Notes: generated by a model not told the origin, from the letters alone. DNA of 64,000 nucleotides from Acidimicrobiaceae bacterium (GCA_003140595.1 PLKG01000091.1:3647-67646); one strand, 5' to 3'; shown: positions 51,768 through 61,916, counted from the stretch's first letter. Numbers and translations: made by a program.

Positions 51768-52906
51768 GGCGCCACCTCGGTACCGAAGTTCGCCCCAGCG
51801 CTGGCCGGTGTGACCGCGCGGTGGCGCAGGCCGATCCGGTAGCGGGCGAGGATCTCGCCCCCCAGAACGGTGAACAGGATTATCCCCTCCATGGTGCCGA
51901 CGAGGCCGGTCGGGAACGAAGGTCCTTCAAGGGCAAAGCCAGCGCTCGTGAGGCCACCGATCAAGAGGGACACAAGCACGACCGCGAGGGGATTGTAGAG
52001 AGCGAGGGCCGCTACCACGATGCCCGTGTACCCGTACTGTGCCTGCTGGAGCCCGCGGGGATCGAGCACATGGCCGAAGTCCCCGATCTGGCTGGAGCCG
52101 GCGATCCCGGCGACTCCACCCGATATCGCCATCACCGAGAGGATCTTCCGCTTGGTGCGGATGCCGGAGTAGTTGGCCGCCTGCGGTGAGTCGCCCATGA
52201 CCCGCATCTCGAACCCGTAGCGGGTGGAGCGGATAAGCACGAGCAAGCCGACAGCCAGGCCGACCCCGAGAATGAATCCCATCGGGAGGGTGAACGTCCC
52301 GATGGTGATGCCCGGCCAACTGGCGTTCGCCACGAGCGTCTTGCCTGTCGGGAACACGCTCGCACCGGGGGTGGTCAAGTCCCGCCAATACGAACTGCTG
52401 TCGTAGATCAGGTAGTACATGAAGAATCCGGCGACGTAGTTGAGCATGAGCGAGGTGAGGATCTCGTTCGTGCGCAGATACGCGCGCAAAAGAGCTGGAA
52501 TGCAAGCCCAGAGCATCCCGGCCAGGGCACCGCCGATGACCATCGCGATGATGAGAAGTGGACGCGGCCAGTCGCCGAGCACGAGGCCAACAGCCGAGGC
52601 GCCGACAGCACCCATGTAGAGCTGACCCTCACCGCCGATGTTCCAGGTCCTCATCCTAAAGGCGAAAGCTGCACAGAGGCCGGTGAACAGCATCGGTGTG
52701 GCGTAGACGAACGTGGACGTGAGCGCGCCGTCGGCTGTGACCGAAGCCGAGTACATCTGGTGGTAGGTCGAGAACGGGTTGTGCCCGGTCGCGGCGAGCA
52801 GGATGGCGACGATGATCGCCGCCAGGAGGATGGACGCAAACGGCACTGCGACCTTGAGCCACTTGGGCGTGTCCAGCCGGCGCTCGATGTGCAAAGGGCC
52901 GGTCAT
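51764..52906 (-). CDS. ABC transporter permease (BMP/nucleoside-type uptake system)
   Basis: 380 aa, polytopic. 4-nt overlap with the ATPase gene. Confidence 0.8.
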   Translation of the reverse strand: MTGPLHIERRLDTPKWLKVAVPFASILLAAIIVAILLAATGHNPFSTYHQMYSASVTADGALTSTFVYATPMLFTGLCAAFAFRMRTWNIGGEGQLYMGAVGASAVGLVLGDWPRPLLIIAMVIGGALAGMLWACIPALLRAYLRTNEILTSLMLNYVAGFFMYYLIYDSSSYWRDLTTPGASVFPTGKTLVANASWPGITIGTFTLPMGFILGVGLAVGLLVLIRSTRYGFEMRVMGDSPQAANYSGIRTKRKILSVMAISGGVAGIAGSSQIGDFGHVLDPRGLQQAQYGYTGIVVAALALYNPLAVVLVSLLIGGLTSAGFALEGPSFPTGLVGTMEGIILFTVLGGEILARYRIGLRHRAVTPASAGANFGTEVAP

Positions 52907-54513
52907 GCTGCCCCGGCCATCATCAGACCGATCTGTTGTCGGTTCGCACCGGCTGCCGGGACAATCCCGACAACCTTGCCGTTATAGAAGACGGCGATGC
53001 GGTCGGAGAGCTCAAAAATCTCGTCGAGATCCTCGCTCACCATGAGGACGGCGACGCCGTGCTGCGCAGTCTCGACGAGGACTTGGCGCACATACTGGGT
53101 GGCACCGACGTCGAGGCCACGCGTGGGCGAGGCCGCTACAACAACTCGCGGCTCAGAAGACAGCTCACGAGCTAGAAGGACCTTTTGAATGTTGCCACCA
53201 GAAAGCTGGCGCACCAGTGTGCGCGGTCCCGGTGCGCGCACGTCGAAGCGCTTGATCATCTCCCTCGCGTTGGCGTTCGCCTTGCGATTCGACAGCACCG
53301 GACCCGACCGCATCGTCTTGCCCCGGTATGACTTCAGCATCAGGTTCTCGGCGATGGAGAGATTGGGCGAGATGCCGGTGCCCATCCGGTCTTCTGGCAC
53401 ATAGGCGATCCCAAGGTCGATGGCTGCACGTGGATCGCCCATGGGAAGCCGCGTGCCACCGATACGTATCTCCCCCGCCGTGGTCCCTCGTAGTCCGGTG
53501 ATAACTTCGGCCAGCTCTCGTTGGCCGTTTCCTGCTACGCCGGCAATACCAAGGATCTCCCCCGCGCGCACATCGAAAGTGACCGTCTTCAGCGCCTCTG
53601 TGCCGAGGTCGCCACGGGCTGAGACTCCTGCAAGCTCGAGAACGACCGGGCCCGGTTCCTCCGAGCCCTTGGCGGTCGCCTCCAGCGAAACCTCGCGGCC
53701 CACCATCAAGCCCGCAAGGTGTTCGGCGTCGGTGCCGGCGGTCGGGACGGTGGTGATCGAGCGGCCCTGACGCAGGATCGTCACGCGGTCGGCGACCGCG
53801 AGGACCTCGGGCAACTTGTGCGATATGAAGATCACCGTCCGGCCGTCAGCGGCCATGTCGCGCACACTGGAGAACAGCTGCTCGGCCTCCTGCGGCGTGA
53901 GTACGGTCGTTGGCTCGTCGAGAATTAGGATCTTTGCGCCGCGGTAGAGGGCCTTCAGGATCTCGACCCGCTGCCGCTCCCCTAGCGACAGCTGCCAGAT
54001 CCTCGCCTTCGGATCGACCGGCATCTGGAATCGCTCGGCCGCCTCGGCGACCGCCTTCTCGACCTTCCGCGGGGAAAAACGCAGCCGCCGGGGCTTGGAC
54101 CACCCGAGCACGACGTTCTCCGCCACCGTCATGCTGTCCACCAGGCGAAGGTGCTGGTGGACCATGAAGATCCCGGCATCCTGTGCGTCCTTGGGGGAGT
54201 GGAACCTGACGGCGCGGCCGGAGATGGACAGCTTCCCCTCGTCGGGGCGGTAAAGACCCATGAGGAGATTGCACAGCGTGGTCTTGCCGGCCCCGTTCTC
54301 GCCGAGCAACGCGTGAACCTCCCCCTCGGCGGCCTCGAACGACACGTGGTCGTTCGCGACAACGCCAGGGAAGCGCTTCGTCATGTCGACGGCTTGCACC
54401 GCTAGTGCCCCCGGCATCGCGCCGGGGGCACTAGCAGACGAGCCTGACGCCTGGTGCGGACCTGCGACCTGAGCCGCCTGGTCACCTCCAGCGTCGAGCG
54501 CGGAGTCGGTCAT
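52903..54513 (-). CDS. ABC transporter ATP-binding protein with two fused ATPase domains
   Basis: ORF 52903..54903. ATG 54513 lies 8 nt after the binding-protein stop. Walker A GENGAGKT, signature LSLGERQR, a second degenerate Walker A-type block GVAGNGQ, LSGGNIQK. Confidence 0.88.
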   Translation of the reverse strand: MTDSALDAGGDQAAQVAGPHQASGSSASAPGAMPGALAVQAVDMTKRFPGVVANDHVSFEAAEGEVHALLGENGAGKTTLCNLLMGLYRPDEGKLSISGRAVRFHSPKDAQDAGIFMVHQHLRLVDSMTVAENVVLGWSKPRRLRFSPRKVEKAVAEAAERFQMPVDPKARIWQLSLGERQRVEILKALYRGAKILILDEPTTVLTPQEAEQLFSSVRDMAADGRTVIFISHKLPEVLAVADRVTILRQGRSITTVPTAGTDAEHLAGLMVGREVSLEATAKGSEEPGPVVLELAGVSARGDLGTEALKTVTFDVRAGEILGIAGVAGNGQRELAEVITGLRGTTAGEIRIGGTRLPMGDPRAAIDLGIAYVPEDRMGTGISPNLSIAENLMLKSYRGKTMRSGPVLSNRKANANAREMIKRFDVRAPGPRTLVRQLSGGNIQKVLLARELSSEPRVVVAASPTRGLDVGATQYVRQVLVETAQHGVAVLMVSEDLDEIFELSDRIAVFYNGKVVGIVPAAGANRQQIGLMMAGAA

Positions 54514-54521
54514 GGAACCCG

Positions 54522-55667
54522 TCAGCCCTTTGGGTTGCCGATTACGCCCTTTACGAACCAGCTCAGCGAGTACTTCTGCATGACCGAGAGGGTCACGCCA
54601 GCCTTCACGCCGACGGTCCCATTCTGCTCGGTGATCGGTCCGGTGAACGGATCGAACGTGCCCTTGATGATGGCGGCTTCTTTGGCGAGGATCGCCTTGC
54701 GAGTGGCCTGGGTGACCGAAGGGCCGAAGGGGGCCATGACCACGAAGTGGTCGGCAAGGCTGCCGTACCAGAAGTGGCTCTTCCAGGTGCCGTCCATCGC
54801 GGCCTTGACTTCCATGATGTAGTACGGGCCCCAGTTGTAGGTGGTAGCGGTGAGCCAGGCCTTGGGGGCGAAGCTCTCCTGGTTGGAGTCGTACCCGGTC
54901 CACTTGAGGCCGTGGGCTTCTGCCACCTGACCAGTCGTCGGGCTGTCCTGGCCGTCGCCTAGCACATCCACGCCGGCGGAGACGAGGGCCTCAGCAGCAG
55001 TCCGCTCGGTCGCCGGGGCGAACCAGGTGTTGGTCCAGACGATCTTTACTGTCGCCTTTGGGTTCATCAGTTGCGCGCCCATCGTGAACGCGTCGACCTC
55101 ACGGATGCACTCAGGGATCGCATAGGGGACGACGAACCCGATCTTGCCGGTCTTGGACGCCGCGCCGGCCGCCATTCCGGAAAGGAAGTCACCGTCCTCG
55201 CCCGCCCCGTAGTACTCGGACAGGGTCTTGCTCACCGTGGTCCCCGTCGCCTGCTCGAAGAGCACGTTCGGGTACTTCTTGGCCGCGGCGACCAGCTCTG
55301 GCTGATAGCCGTACGAGGTGGCGAAGATGATGTTCGCTCCCGCGTTGACCAGTTGTGTGATCACCTGTGTGCACTGCGGGCCTTCGGGTACGTCCTCTTT
55401 GAACATGGTTTGCACGCGCCCGCCGAAGTAGCTCTGCACTGCGAGGCGCCCGACGTCCTGGGCGTGGGTCCAGCCCGCGTCGCTCGGAGCTCCGACGTAG
55501 ATGAACCCCACCTTGAACGGGTGGCTCTTGGTCCACTGGCTACCGGGAGCCGCCGTCGCGGTCTTCGGGCTCGCGCTTGAGGACACACTGCCCACGGCGC
55601 CCACCGCCACGGCGCTGACCATCGTGAAGGCGACTAAGACGCTCGACAACCTTTTCATCCTGCTCAT
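54522..55667 (-). CDS. BMP-family (basic membrane protein) ABC substrate-binding protein, probably nucleoside-binding
   Basis: Signal peptide MSRMKRLSSVLVAFTMVSAVAVGAVG. Blocks: KVGFIYVG, KIGFVVPYAIPE. Confidence 0.8.
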   Translation of the reverse strand: MSRMKRLSSVLVAFTMVSAVAVGAVGSVSSSASPKTATAAPGSQWTKSHPFKVGFIYVGAPSDAGWTHAQDVGRLAVQSYFGGRVQTMFKEDVPEGPQCTQVITQLVNAGANIIFATSYGYQPELVAAAKKYPNVLFEQATGTTVSKTLSEYYGAGEDGDFLSGMAAGAASKTGKIGFVVPYAIPECIREVDAFTMGAQLMNPKATVKIVWTNTWFAPATERTAAEALVSAGVDVLGDGQDSPTTGQVAEAHGLKWTGYDSNQESFAPKAWLTATTYNWGPYYIMEVKAAMDGTWKSHFWYGSLADHFVVMAPFGPSVTQATRKAILAKEAAIIKGTFDPFTGPITEQNGTVGVKAGVTLSVMQKYSLSWFVKGVIGNPKG

Positions 55668-56753
55668 GACCTCTGTCTCCTCTCGGGACGACCGCCGAGA
55701 AACCGTCGGCCATCTCCTTAGTTGCGCCGACCGGGCAGACCCGACTCACCGGCTCGTTTCCAAGGATGCAAACTTTACGAACGCGTGTACAGAGTCATTC
55801 GACCCTAACCAGCAAGGGCATCTTCCCACTGGTTAGCTCGAAGCGTACAGCGCACGAGGTCCGGAACACTTGTTGGGATCCGAACCTCAGCCAACTGCGA
55901 CGGTAGTGCAGCCTGAGGTGTCCTTGTACGCCACGCGCTACTGAGCAACGTGTGACAAGCGCGTCCCTTGCTCACCACAGTCACCGCAACATGGCGGCCG
56001 CTCTTTCTTGTCGACCCGACAAATCAAAAGGGTCCGGTTCCTTCCGAGCCGTGCGCGACGCGTGCACCCGGCTCGGGTCGCGTTCAATGGCTGCCCGAGC
56101 TGTGGAATGCGGGCTCACGCGAGCCGAACCGCTGCTCTCCACCTTCGTCGCATCGGTCGGCGTCGCACGACTGGTCCGACACGGGACCAAGGACGTCGAG
56201 GCGGAGATCGACGAGATCGTCGCGCTCCCTGGGCCGTGCCGGCACCGAAGAGGCGTGCAACAACTAGCGCGGTTCATCGTTTCGGTACCAGTGAGGTGGT
56301 CGCCATTGGCGTGACTGCGGCCTCAACTGGAAGGCTCTCGCGTCCCTGGCACCCGTCACGTTCGGGCAATGGAGTGGACCGACGCCTTGTACTACGTCCG
56401 CTCCTACACGGGCCCTATCTCGAACGCCACGCACGGAGCCGACTCCAGCTCGCTGTTTGGGACGATCATTGCCGGTACACCCGGCAACCTCCGTCGGAAG
56501 GGTTGCAGAGGGACACCGTCATCCGCGTCGGCGCTGGGGACGTCGCCTTCCTAACTGCCGCCTTCGTGTGCCGCTCGGGACCAGGATTCAGTGGTCCCTC
56601 TGGGCCGTCCGGCCCTGAGCTAATCCGCCAAAGCTGAACCTGAGGTTGAGCTTGAGGGTCGGATGGATGGCGCACACGGGTGCTTCGCTCCCGATCGACC
56701 AGGCAGGGGCCTCTTCGGCGCCGAGTTGCGGGCCGGGTTGACCAGCTCGTGCA

Positions 56754-56788
56754 GCGACCCCCAGGCCGAGGGGAATGCCGGGGGTCGC
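56754..56788. other. Strong GC-rich hairpin in an otherwise unassigned region
   Basis: GCGACCCCC (56754..56762) pairs perfectly with GGGGGTCGC (56780..56788). The 17-nt loop can add GGC/GCC pairs. No flanking U/T tract on either strand. Confidence 0.4.
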
Positions 56789-56937
56789 GCACATGCGGCT
56801 AGGCACCTTATGTATCGACCCCGATTGCAGCACCTTGAGCTTCGCCTGGTCGCAAGCCGCGGCGCGGCACGTGGGTCGGTCGTGTTTCGCCAATTCTGTG
56901 GGAAGTGCCGGAACGGTCTCACTGCCAGTACCGCGGC

Positions 56938-58836
56938 TCAGCCGCGCCCGGCGTCGACCGCACAGCTTCGAGTCGGCTTGCGAAGCGGGAGGCCGTACCA
57001 CGCCGCGCCAGCCTCAAAGCTCACCGTCGGTGGACCCAGCAGTTTCGACAACAAAGCGATCCCGCGAGCACGGACGGCTCCTGTACGCGTGCGGAGAACG
57101 AGCGCATCGACCGCGTGAGCGCGCACAACAGCCTCGAGGACGCGACAGACCCTCGCCAACGGCACGCCGGCGACCGCCGAGGGCTCGGTGAGGAGATCGG
57201 ACAGCTCGCTCAGGTCCGGAGTTTCGGCGACGTAGTAGCGGCCTCGACCCACCGCGCCCGGGACGAGCGCGTAACCACCGATTAGCCGGAAGCTCATCTC
57301 ATCCTCGGCTTGCCAGAGCATGGGCTCGTCGTTGTGGGCACGCGGATACGGGAAAGCCAGTACGACGCCGCCACTTGGAACCGAACGCCCGAGCGACGAA
57401 GTGAGCTGCGGCGCGGTCGCGCGCTGCTCGCGGACCACGGGGAACTGATCCAGCAGGGGGACGAAGGCCACTGCCACCAAGACGAGCAGGGCAACGGTGT
57501 AAAGGCGTGGGTCGATCCGCATCCGGGACGTGAGGGGCTCCACCCGGGGCTCAACAAGGTGCTCTGGCAACCTCTGAGCCGTCCGAGAGTGCTCGTCTAT
57601 CCAGGTTCTCGTACGGTCGAGGCCGACGGCCAGGACGACGGCCAGGAAGAGCGTCTCTATGCCCGAGATCCTGACCGGCTCGAGGTCGACCAGGACCGGG
57701 ACGTGCTCGAAAAGTGCTTCGGGAAGCCAGATCCCCAAGGTGTGCCCGTCGACGGTGAGATGAGGACCGAGAGACAGCAGGAACGCGGCGCACGCGCACG
57801 CGACCGCGAACCGGATCGTTCCCAGTTTGCGCCACCACACGGTCAGTATCACCAGCCCTATCAACAGCGGTATGCCCAAGTAGCCGGATGGGTCGGTCAG
57901 TTGTGGCGTCGATCGCAGGATCGGTCGCAGAAGATCGACCCGGAAAGCTGCGATCACACCAGGTGGCTGAATGCCGTTGGGGATGCGTCGCGGACCGGAG
58001 AGGAAGTACCAGATCGCATAACCGGCGACTGCTCCGAAGCAAAGGCAGGCCGTGAGCAGCCCGGGCGCTGCCACGCGGATAGCCGTGACGATCTCGTGCC
58101 TGTGCGTCAACGCGAGCAAGACCAGCCCGATCGCCGCCATGATGGCGCAGTACGCCAGTATCTCCGGATCGATGAGGAGCTGGGCGGCGCTTAACAGTCC
58201 GAGCAGGATGCCAACTTTGAGCGGCGACCTTTGCCTGGTCACGAATAGCTCGTCGAAGCACCAGAGCAGGAGCGGAGGGATCACCAGGAACGCGAGGTCG
58301 AGATGAACCGAGCTCTCGAATGTCATGTACGACCCGAACCCGTAAAGCAGCCCAGCTGCGAAGGCTGCAGGCCACCAGCTCACCCATCTTCGCGAAACGA
58401 GGAACATCGAAGTGGCTGAGCCAGCTAGCGCTATGCGCATCAAGAGGTTGAACGACGCGACAGGGCCGAGCGCGAGCGTGACCGGAGCCGACAGGATGCC
58501 CAGCAGCGGGACCGAGGTGTTCGAGGCGAGGTTCACGCCGAGCGGAAAATCGACGTAGTTGGTGAAAAATGGGTTCAGACCGTGCCCGAGAGCGAACGGT
58601 GTCCAGGCAAGGAACCACGACATCTGCGCCGGATCCCCAGCGCCTGCCCCTAAGGGGTGCGGCAGCCTGCTTGCGTCGAGGGGTAAGACCGGCCAGTACG
58701 CCAGGACGGCGAGCACGACGTAGGCGCCGACGGCAAGCGCGATCAAGGCGCCCGGTCTCCGCACCGCCTGCCTATCGCCCGAAGGCCGCATTGGCACGTC
58801 GTTCCCTTTGAGCCGAGCCTTCGGCTTCGCCGCCAT
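56938..58836 (-). CDS. Large polytopic membrane protein with C-terminal soluble domain (GT-C-like glycosyltransferase candidate)
   Basis: ORF 56938..59217. Preferred start ATG 58836 (MAAKPKARLK...). More than 12 hydrophobic segments. First-loop block GDPAQMSWFLAWTPFALGHGLNPFFTNY. About 150-aa non-hydrophobic C-terminus. The function is inferred from architecture only. Confidence 0.6.
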   Translation of the reverse strand: MAAKPKARLKGNDVPMRPSGDRQAVRRPGALIALAVGAYVVLAVLAYWPVLPLDASRLPHPLGAGAGDPAQMSWFLAWTPFALGHGLNPFFTNYVDFPLGVNLASNTSVPLLGILSAPVTLALGPVASFNLLMRIALAGSATSMFLVSRRWVSWWPAAFAAGLLYGFGSYMTFESSVHLDLAFLVIPPLLLWCFDELFVTRQRSPLKVGILLGLLSAAQLLIDPEILAYCAIMAAIGLVLLALTHRHEIVTAIRVAAPGLLTACLCFGAVAGYAIWYFLSGPRRIPNGIQPPGVIAAFRVDLLRPILRSTPQLTDPSGYLGIPLLIGLVILTVWWRKLGTIRFAVACACAAFLLSLGPHLTVDGHTLGIWLPEALFEHVPVLVDLEPVRISGIETLFLAVVLAVGLDRTRTWIDEHSRTAQRLPEHLVEPRVEPLTSRMRIDPRLYTVALLVLVAVAFVPLLDQFPVVREQRATAPQLTSSLGRSVPSGGVVLAFPYPRAHNDEPMLWQAEDEMSFRLIGGYALVPGAVGRGRYYVAETPDLSELSDLLTEPSAVAGVPLARVCRVLEAVVRAHAVDALVLRTRTGAVRARGIALLSKLLGPPTVSFEAGAAWYGLPLRKPTRSCAVDAGRG

Positions 58837-58991
58837 CCGCACACCGAAGCGTTTCTCCGATGCGCTGGTGCAGAAGGATAACGGTTCGGACACCCTCGTC
58901 GGAGACGCCAGGTACCGTGGACTCGGGTCGTTCGCAGCGGCCGACAATTGGCCTGAGCACCGTTGGCCGCGTCTATGGTTCAGCGGAACCC

Positions 58992-61916
58992 ATGGTGCAC
59001 TCCCCTTCAACTGTGACCCTCGGTCAGCGAGACCGGGCTGGAATAGACGCTCCGGGGGCCATTCCCCGGCGATGGTCACTCGTCGCGCGAGCCGACAAGT
59101 GGGCGATCGCGCTCTTCGTCGCGATACCCGTGTTGATCGGCGTCCCACCCGCGCTCTTGGGAAGACCCCTGTTCCCCGGTAGCGGCACAGCGGACAACTT
59201 GACGCAGAACTATCCACTGAGAGTGCTGGCTGGCGAGTTGCTGCGGCACGGTCGACTGCCCCTGTGGGACCCGTACATATGGAGCGGAACGCCGCTGCTC
59301 GCTGGATGGAACGCGGGAGCCCTGTACCCCGGTACGTGGTTGTTCGCCGTTCTGCCCGCCAGCGCGGCGTGGACGATCAACGTGGCTTCAGTATCGGTGG
59401 TCTGTGCCGCCGGGATGCATGTCTTTCTGCGCCGTCTCGGTTGTTCCCCGCTCGCCGGCCTGCTGGGGGCCTTGACGTTCACCTACACGGGGTTCATGTG
59501 GGGCCAAGCTGTGCACCTCGGGCTCGTAATGGGAATGAGCTTCACTCCCTGGATGCTGCTCGCCGTCCATGAGCTCGCCACTTCTCCCGAGCCGCGAGAG
59601 GCTCGGCGCTGGGTCGCCCTCTTGGGCGGGTGCGGCGGGCTAGTCGTGCTCGCTGGTGATCCTCGCGCCGCATCCAGCATCGCCTTCATTGTGGTGACGT
59701 ACTTCCTCGCCATCTGCTGGCGGGCATGGCGGACGGGCCGGAACATCAACGTCGCCGGTATCGGCCTGGTGGTGGCCGCGCTCCTCGCCGTTGTCCTCTC
59801 CACGGCGCAGTGGCTGCCAGGCCTCAGCTTCCTGCACGAATCCGAGCGCGGGGCGGTCACTTTCACTCGCTTCGCGGCAGGATCGCTCTCGTGGCACGAC
59901 TTCGAGCTGCTGTTCGTGCCGTTCCTGGTCGGTGGCAACGGCACCTTCGGCCTCCCGGGCTATCTCGGCTCGTACAACCTCCCGGAACTGAGCTACGCCG
60001 TCGGTATCGTGCCTCTCATCGCCGCGATTGTCTTCATCGGACGCGCGATGCGCCGGCGTGCCGGCGAGAAGCCTCTCGGGGTCTGGTACGCCTTGATCAT
60101 CGAGGGCGTCCTGCTATCTGCCGGTGCCAATACCCCCCTCGGCCACGTCCTAGTGGCAATACCGCTTTACGGGGGCCAGCGCCTCCAGAACCGAAATGCG
60201 GTGATAGTGGATCTCGCGCTCGCCGTACTGCTCGCGGTGTTCGTCGACGTGCTGCGGCCACGTGCCCGCTCACTCGGCGCGCTACCAGATCCGGCAACCG
60301 AAGCAGACTCAGGACTCACCTTCAACGAACGCCTGGCCGGCCTGGTGCCCATCTGCATCGTTGCAGTCCTCGTCCTCGCGGCTTACGTGGTCGGCCGATC
60401 GATCCAGCGCGGCTTTGGCGTCTCGGGCTACCACTCGGGGCTCGCGCTGCACTTGACCCCGTACTTCGCAGTCGTGCTCGTCATCTCGGCAGGTGCCGCT
60501 CTCCTACTCGTGGGTGCGCCGCGCCTCAGCTCGAGCGGTCGGCGGCGATTGGTGACCATCGTCGTGGTCGCGGACGTTTTGATGTGCGTCGCGAACGGGT
60601 CATACACGTTCCCCGCCAAAGCCACCATTGCAAAGACGAACACCGCCATTGTCGCCCTCTCGAAGCTGCTCGGGGCTCAGGGCCGCTACGCGATCTTCAA
60701 TCCCGCCCAGAGCCTGCCTGCTGGGCTCCGCGGGACAATCCTCGCGCTCGGCCCTTTCAGCCTCGGCATCCTGCATCAAGTCCCGAGCGTCCAGGGCTAC
60801 TCCTCGGCTGTCGCCGGTAGCTACCAACTTGTCACCGGGGCCCACGACGTCGAGAACTTGCAGCCGGTCGCCCTCACCCGTTCTGACCTTGACATCTTGA
60901 ACCTGAAGGAACTGGTCACACTTCCCGAATACCTGGTGGAGGCGGTCCCGGGAAACCGACCGATTCCAGTCGCTCAGGGAACCCCCGTCGCACCCGGAAC
61001 CGAGGCGGAGGCAGAGGCACTCGACGCAATAGCGCCGCAGAAGCCGCTACACCCGCTTCCGCCGTTCCTCCTCTCCCCCGGACGGTCATCGACTTGGATG
61101 TTGCCAGGCCCGATCGCGCTCGACTCGGTGACGGTGGTGCTCGTGCCCTACAACGATGAGATTGCCCGAACCATCTCGGTCGGCATACTCAATGCCAAAG
61201 ACCAGACAGTGCAAGACCGTCAGGTGACGGTCTTGCATTCACAGGTCCAGGTCTCCTTGAAAGGTCAGGAGGCCTACGGGATCCGGCTCGGTGCGTCGAA
61301 CGCCACCCCGGTCTCCATCGGTGCAGTCGCAGTGACCACGGTGCACGCGATGGCAGTCAACTCGGGACCCTTGACCCGCCGCCTCGTCCTCAACCAGGTT
61401 CTTCAGGGAGTCCTCGAACCGCCGCACTGGCGGTACCAGACCGAGATCGGCGGGCTGTCGGTGTTCACCAACACGCTCGCCCGAGGAGCCTCCTGGATCG
61501 AGCCGGCTGGTTCCAAGACACCGTTGGCTCCCGAGCTTCCTGCCGCGCGCGCAACTACGCCTCGCGTCCAAGGATGGCAAAACCCGGAGACCATCGTCTC
61601 GACACCGAGCGCGGCAGTGCTGGTCCGAAGTGAGGCCTACGACAAGGGTTGGGTCGCGCGACTGACTCCGGTCGGTGGTGGCTCGTCGGTGACCGTGCAC
61701 GTGAGGCCGCTCGGGATACTCCAGGCGATCTCGCTTCCAGCGGGCAAATACGTCGTGACCTGGATCTACACTGCCAAGCTCGCGAAGCTTGGTGTCATTG
61801 TCAGCGGAGTAGGTGTGCTCGCACTGGTTCTCCTCGTATTCGCGCCGAGTCGACGCCGCCGACCAAGATCCGTCAAGAAGCCCGTCGGCTCGCCGGAGCC
61901 GGGAGCTTCGGCCTAG
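58992..61916 (+). CDS. YfhO-family-like polytopic membrane protein (GT-C-type glycosyltransferase candidate) with large C-terminal extracytoplasmic domain and terminal TM
   Basis: ORF 58860..61916. Preferred start ATG 58992. N-terminal block DNLTQNYPLRVLAGELLRHGRLPLWDPYIWSGTPLLAGWNAGALYP resembles YfhO. Many TM segments, then about 350 aa soluble, then a final TM. Confidence 0.65.
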   Translation: MVHSPSTVTLGQRDRAGIDAPGAIPRRWSLVARADKWAIALFVAIPVLIGVPPALLGRPLFPGSGTADNLTQNYPLRVLAGELLRHGRLPLWDPYIWSGTPLLAGWNAGALYPGTWLFAVLPASAAWTINVASVSVVCAAGMHVFLRRLGCSPLAGLLGALTFTYTGFMWGQAVHLGLVMGMSFTPWMLLAVHELATSPEPREARRWVALLGGCGGLVVLAGDPRAASSIAFIVVTYFLAICWRAWRTGRNINVAGIGLVVAALLAVVLSTAQWLPGLSFLHESERGAVTFTRFAAGSLSWHDFELLFVPFLVGGNGTFGLPGYLGSYNLPELSYAVGIVPLIAAIVFIGRAMRRRAGEKPLGVWYALIIEGVLLSAGANTPLGHVLVAIPLYGGQRLQNRNAVIVDLALAVLLAVFVDVLRPRARSLGALPDPATEADSGLTFNERLAGLVPICIVAVLVLAAYVVGRSIQRGFGVSGYHSGLALHLTPYFAVVLVISAGAALLLVGAPRLSSSGRRRLVTIVVVADVLMCVANGSYTFPAKATIAKTNTAIVALSKLLGAQGRYAIFNPAQSLPAGLRGTILALGPFSLGILHQVPSVQGYSSAVAGSYQLVTGAHDVENLQPVALTRSDLDILNLKELVTLPEYLVEAVPGNRPIPVAQGTPVAPGTEAEAEALDAIAPQKPLHPLPPFLLSPGRSSTWMLPGPIALDSVTVVLVPYNDEIARTISVGILNAKDQTVQDRQVTVLHSQVQVSLKGQEAYGIRLGASNATPVSIGAVAVTTVHAMAVNSGPLTRRLVLNQVLQGVLEPPHWRYQTEIGGLSVFTNTLARGASWIEPAGSKTPLAPELPAARATTPRVQGWQNPETIVSTPSAAVLVRSEAYDKGWVARLTPVGGGSSVTVHVRPLGILQAISLPAGKYVVTWIYTAKLAKLGVIVSGVGVLALVLLVFAPSRRRRPRSVKKPVGSPEPGASA

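Noticed and set aside
56577-56629. tRNA-like start on the minus strand (GGCGGATTAGCTCAGG...) with an anticodon-arm-like hairpin
   Set aside because: There is no closing D-stem (GAGC), the hairpin loop is 8 nt rather than 7, and there is no T-arm (GGTTCGANNCC) or acceptor 3' half. It is not a tRNA or a credible tRNA fragment.
55668-56937. RNase P RNA, tmRNA, SRP RNA or a purine, cobalamin, TPP or ZTP riboswitch in the long gene-free stretch
   Set aside because: The hallmark strings are absent on both strands: GGAAAGTCCGG for RNase P, GGTTCGATTCC...CCACCA for tmRNA, the SRP GGAAG...AGCAG core, the B12 box, and CTGAGA for TPP. A GGGAAGTGCC string near 56900 is only a superficial RNase P resemblance. 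The region is kept as an unassigned finding.
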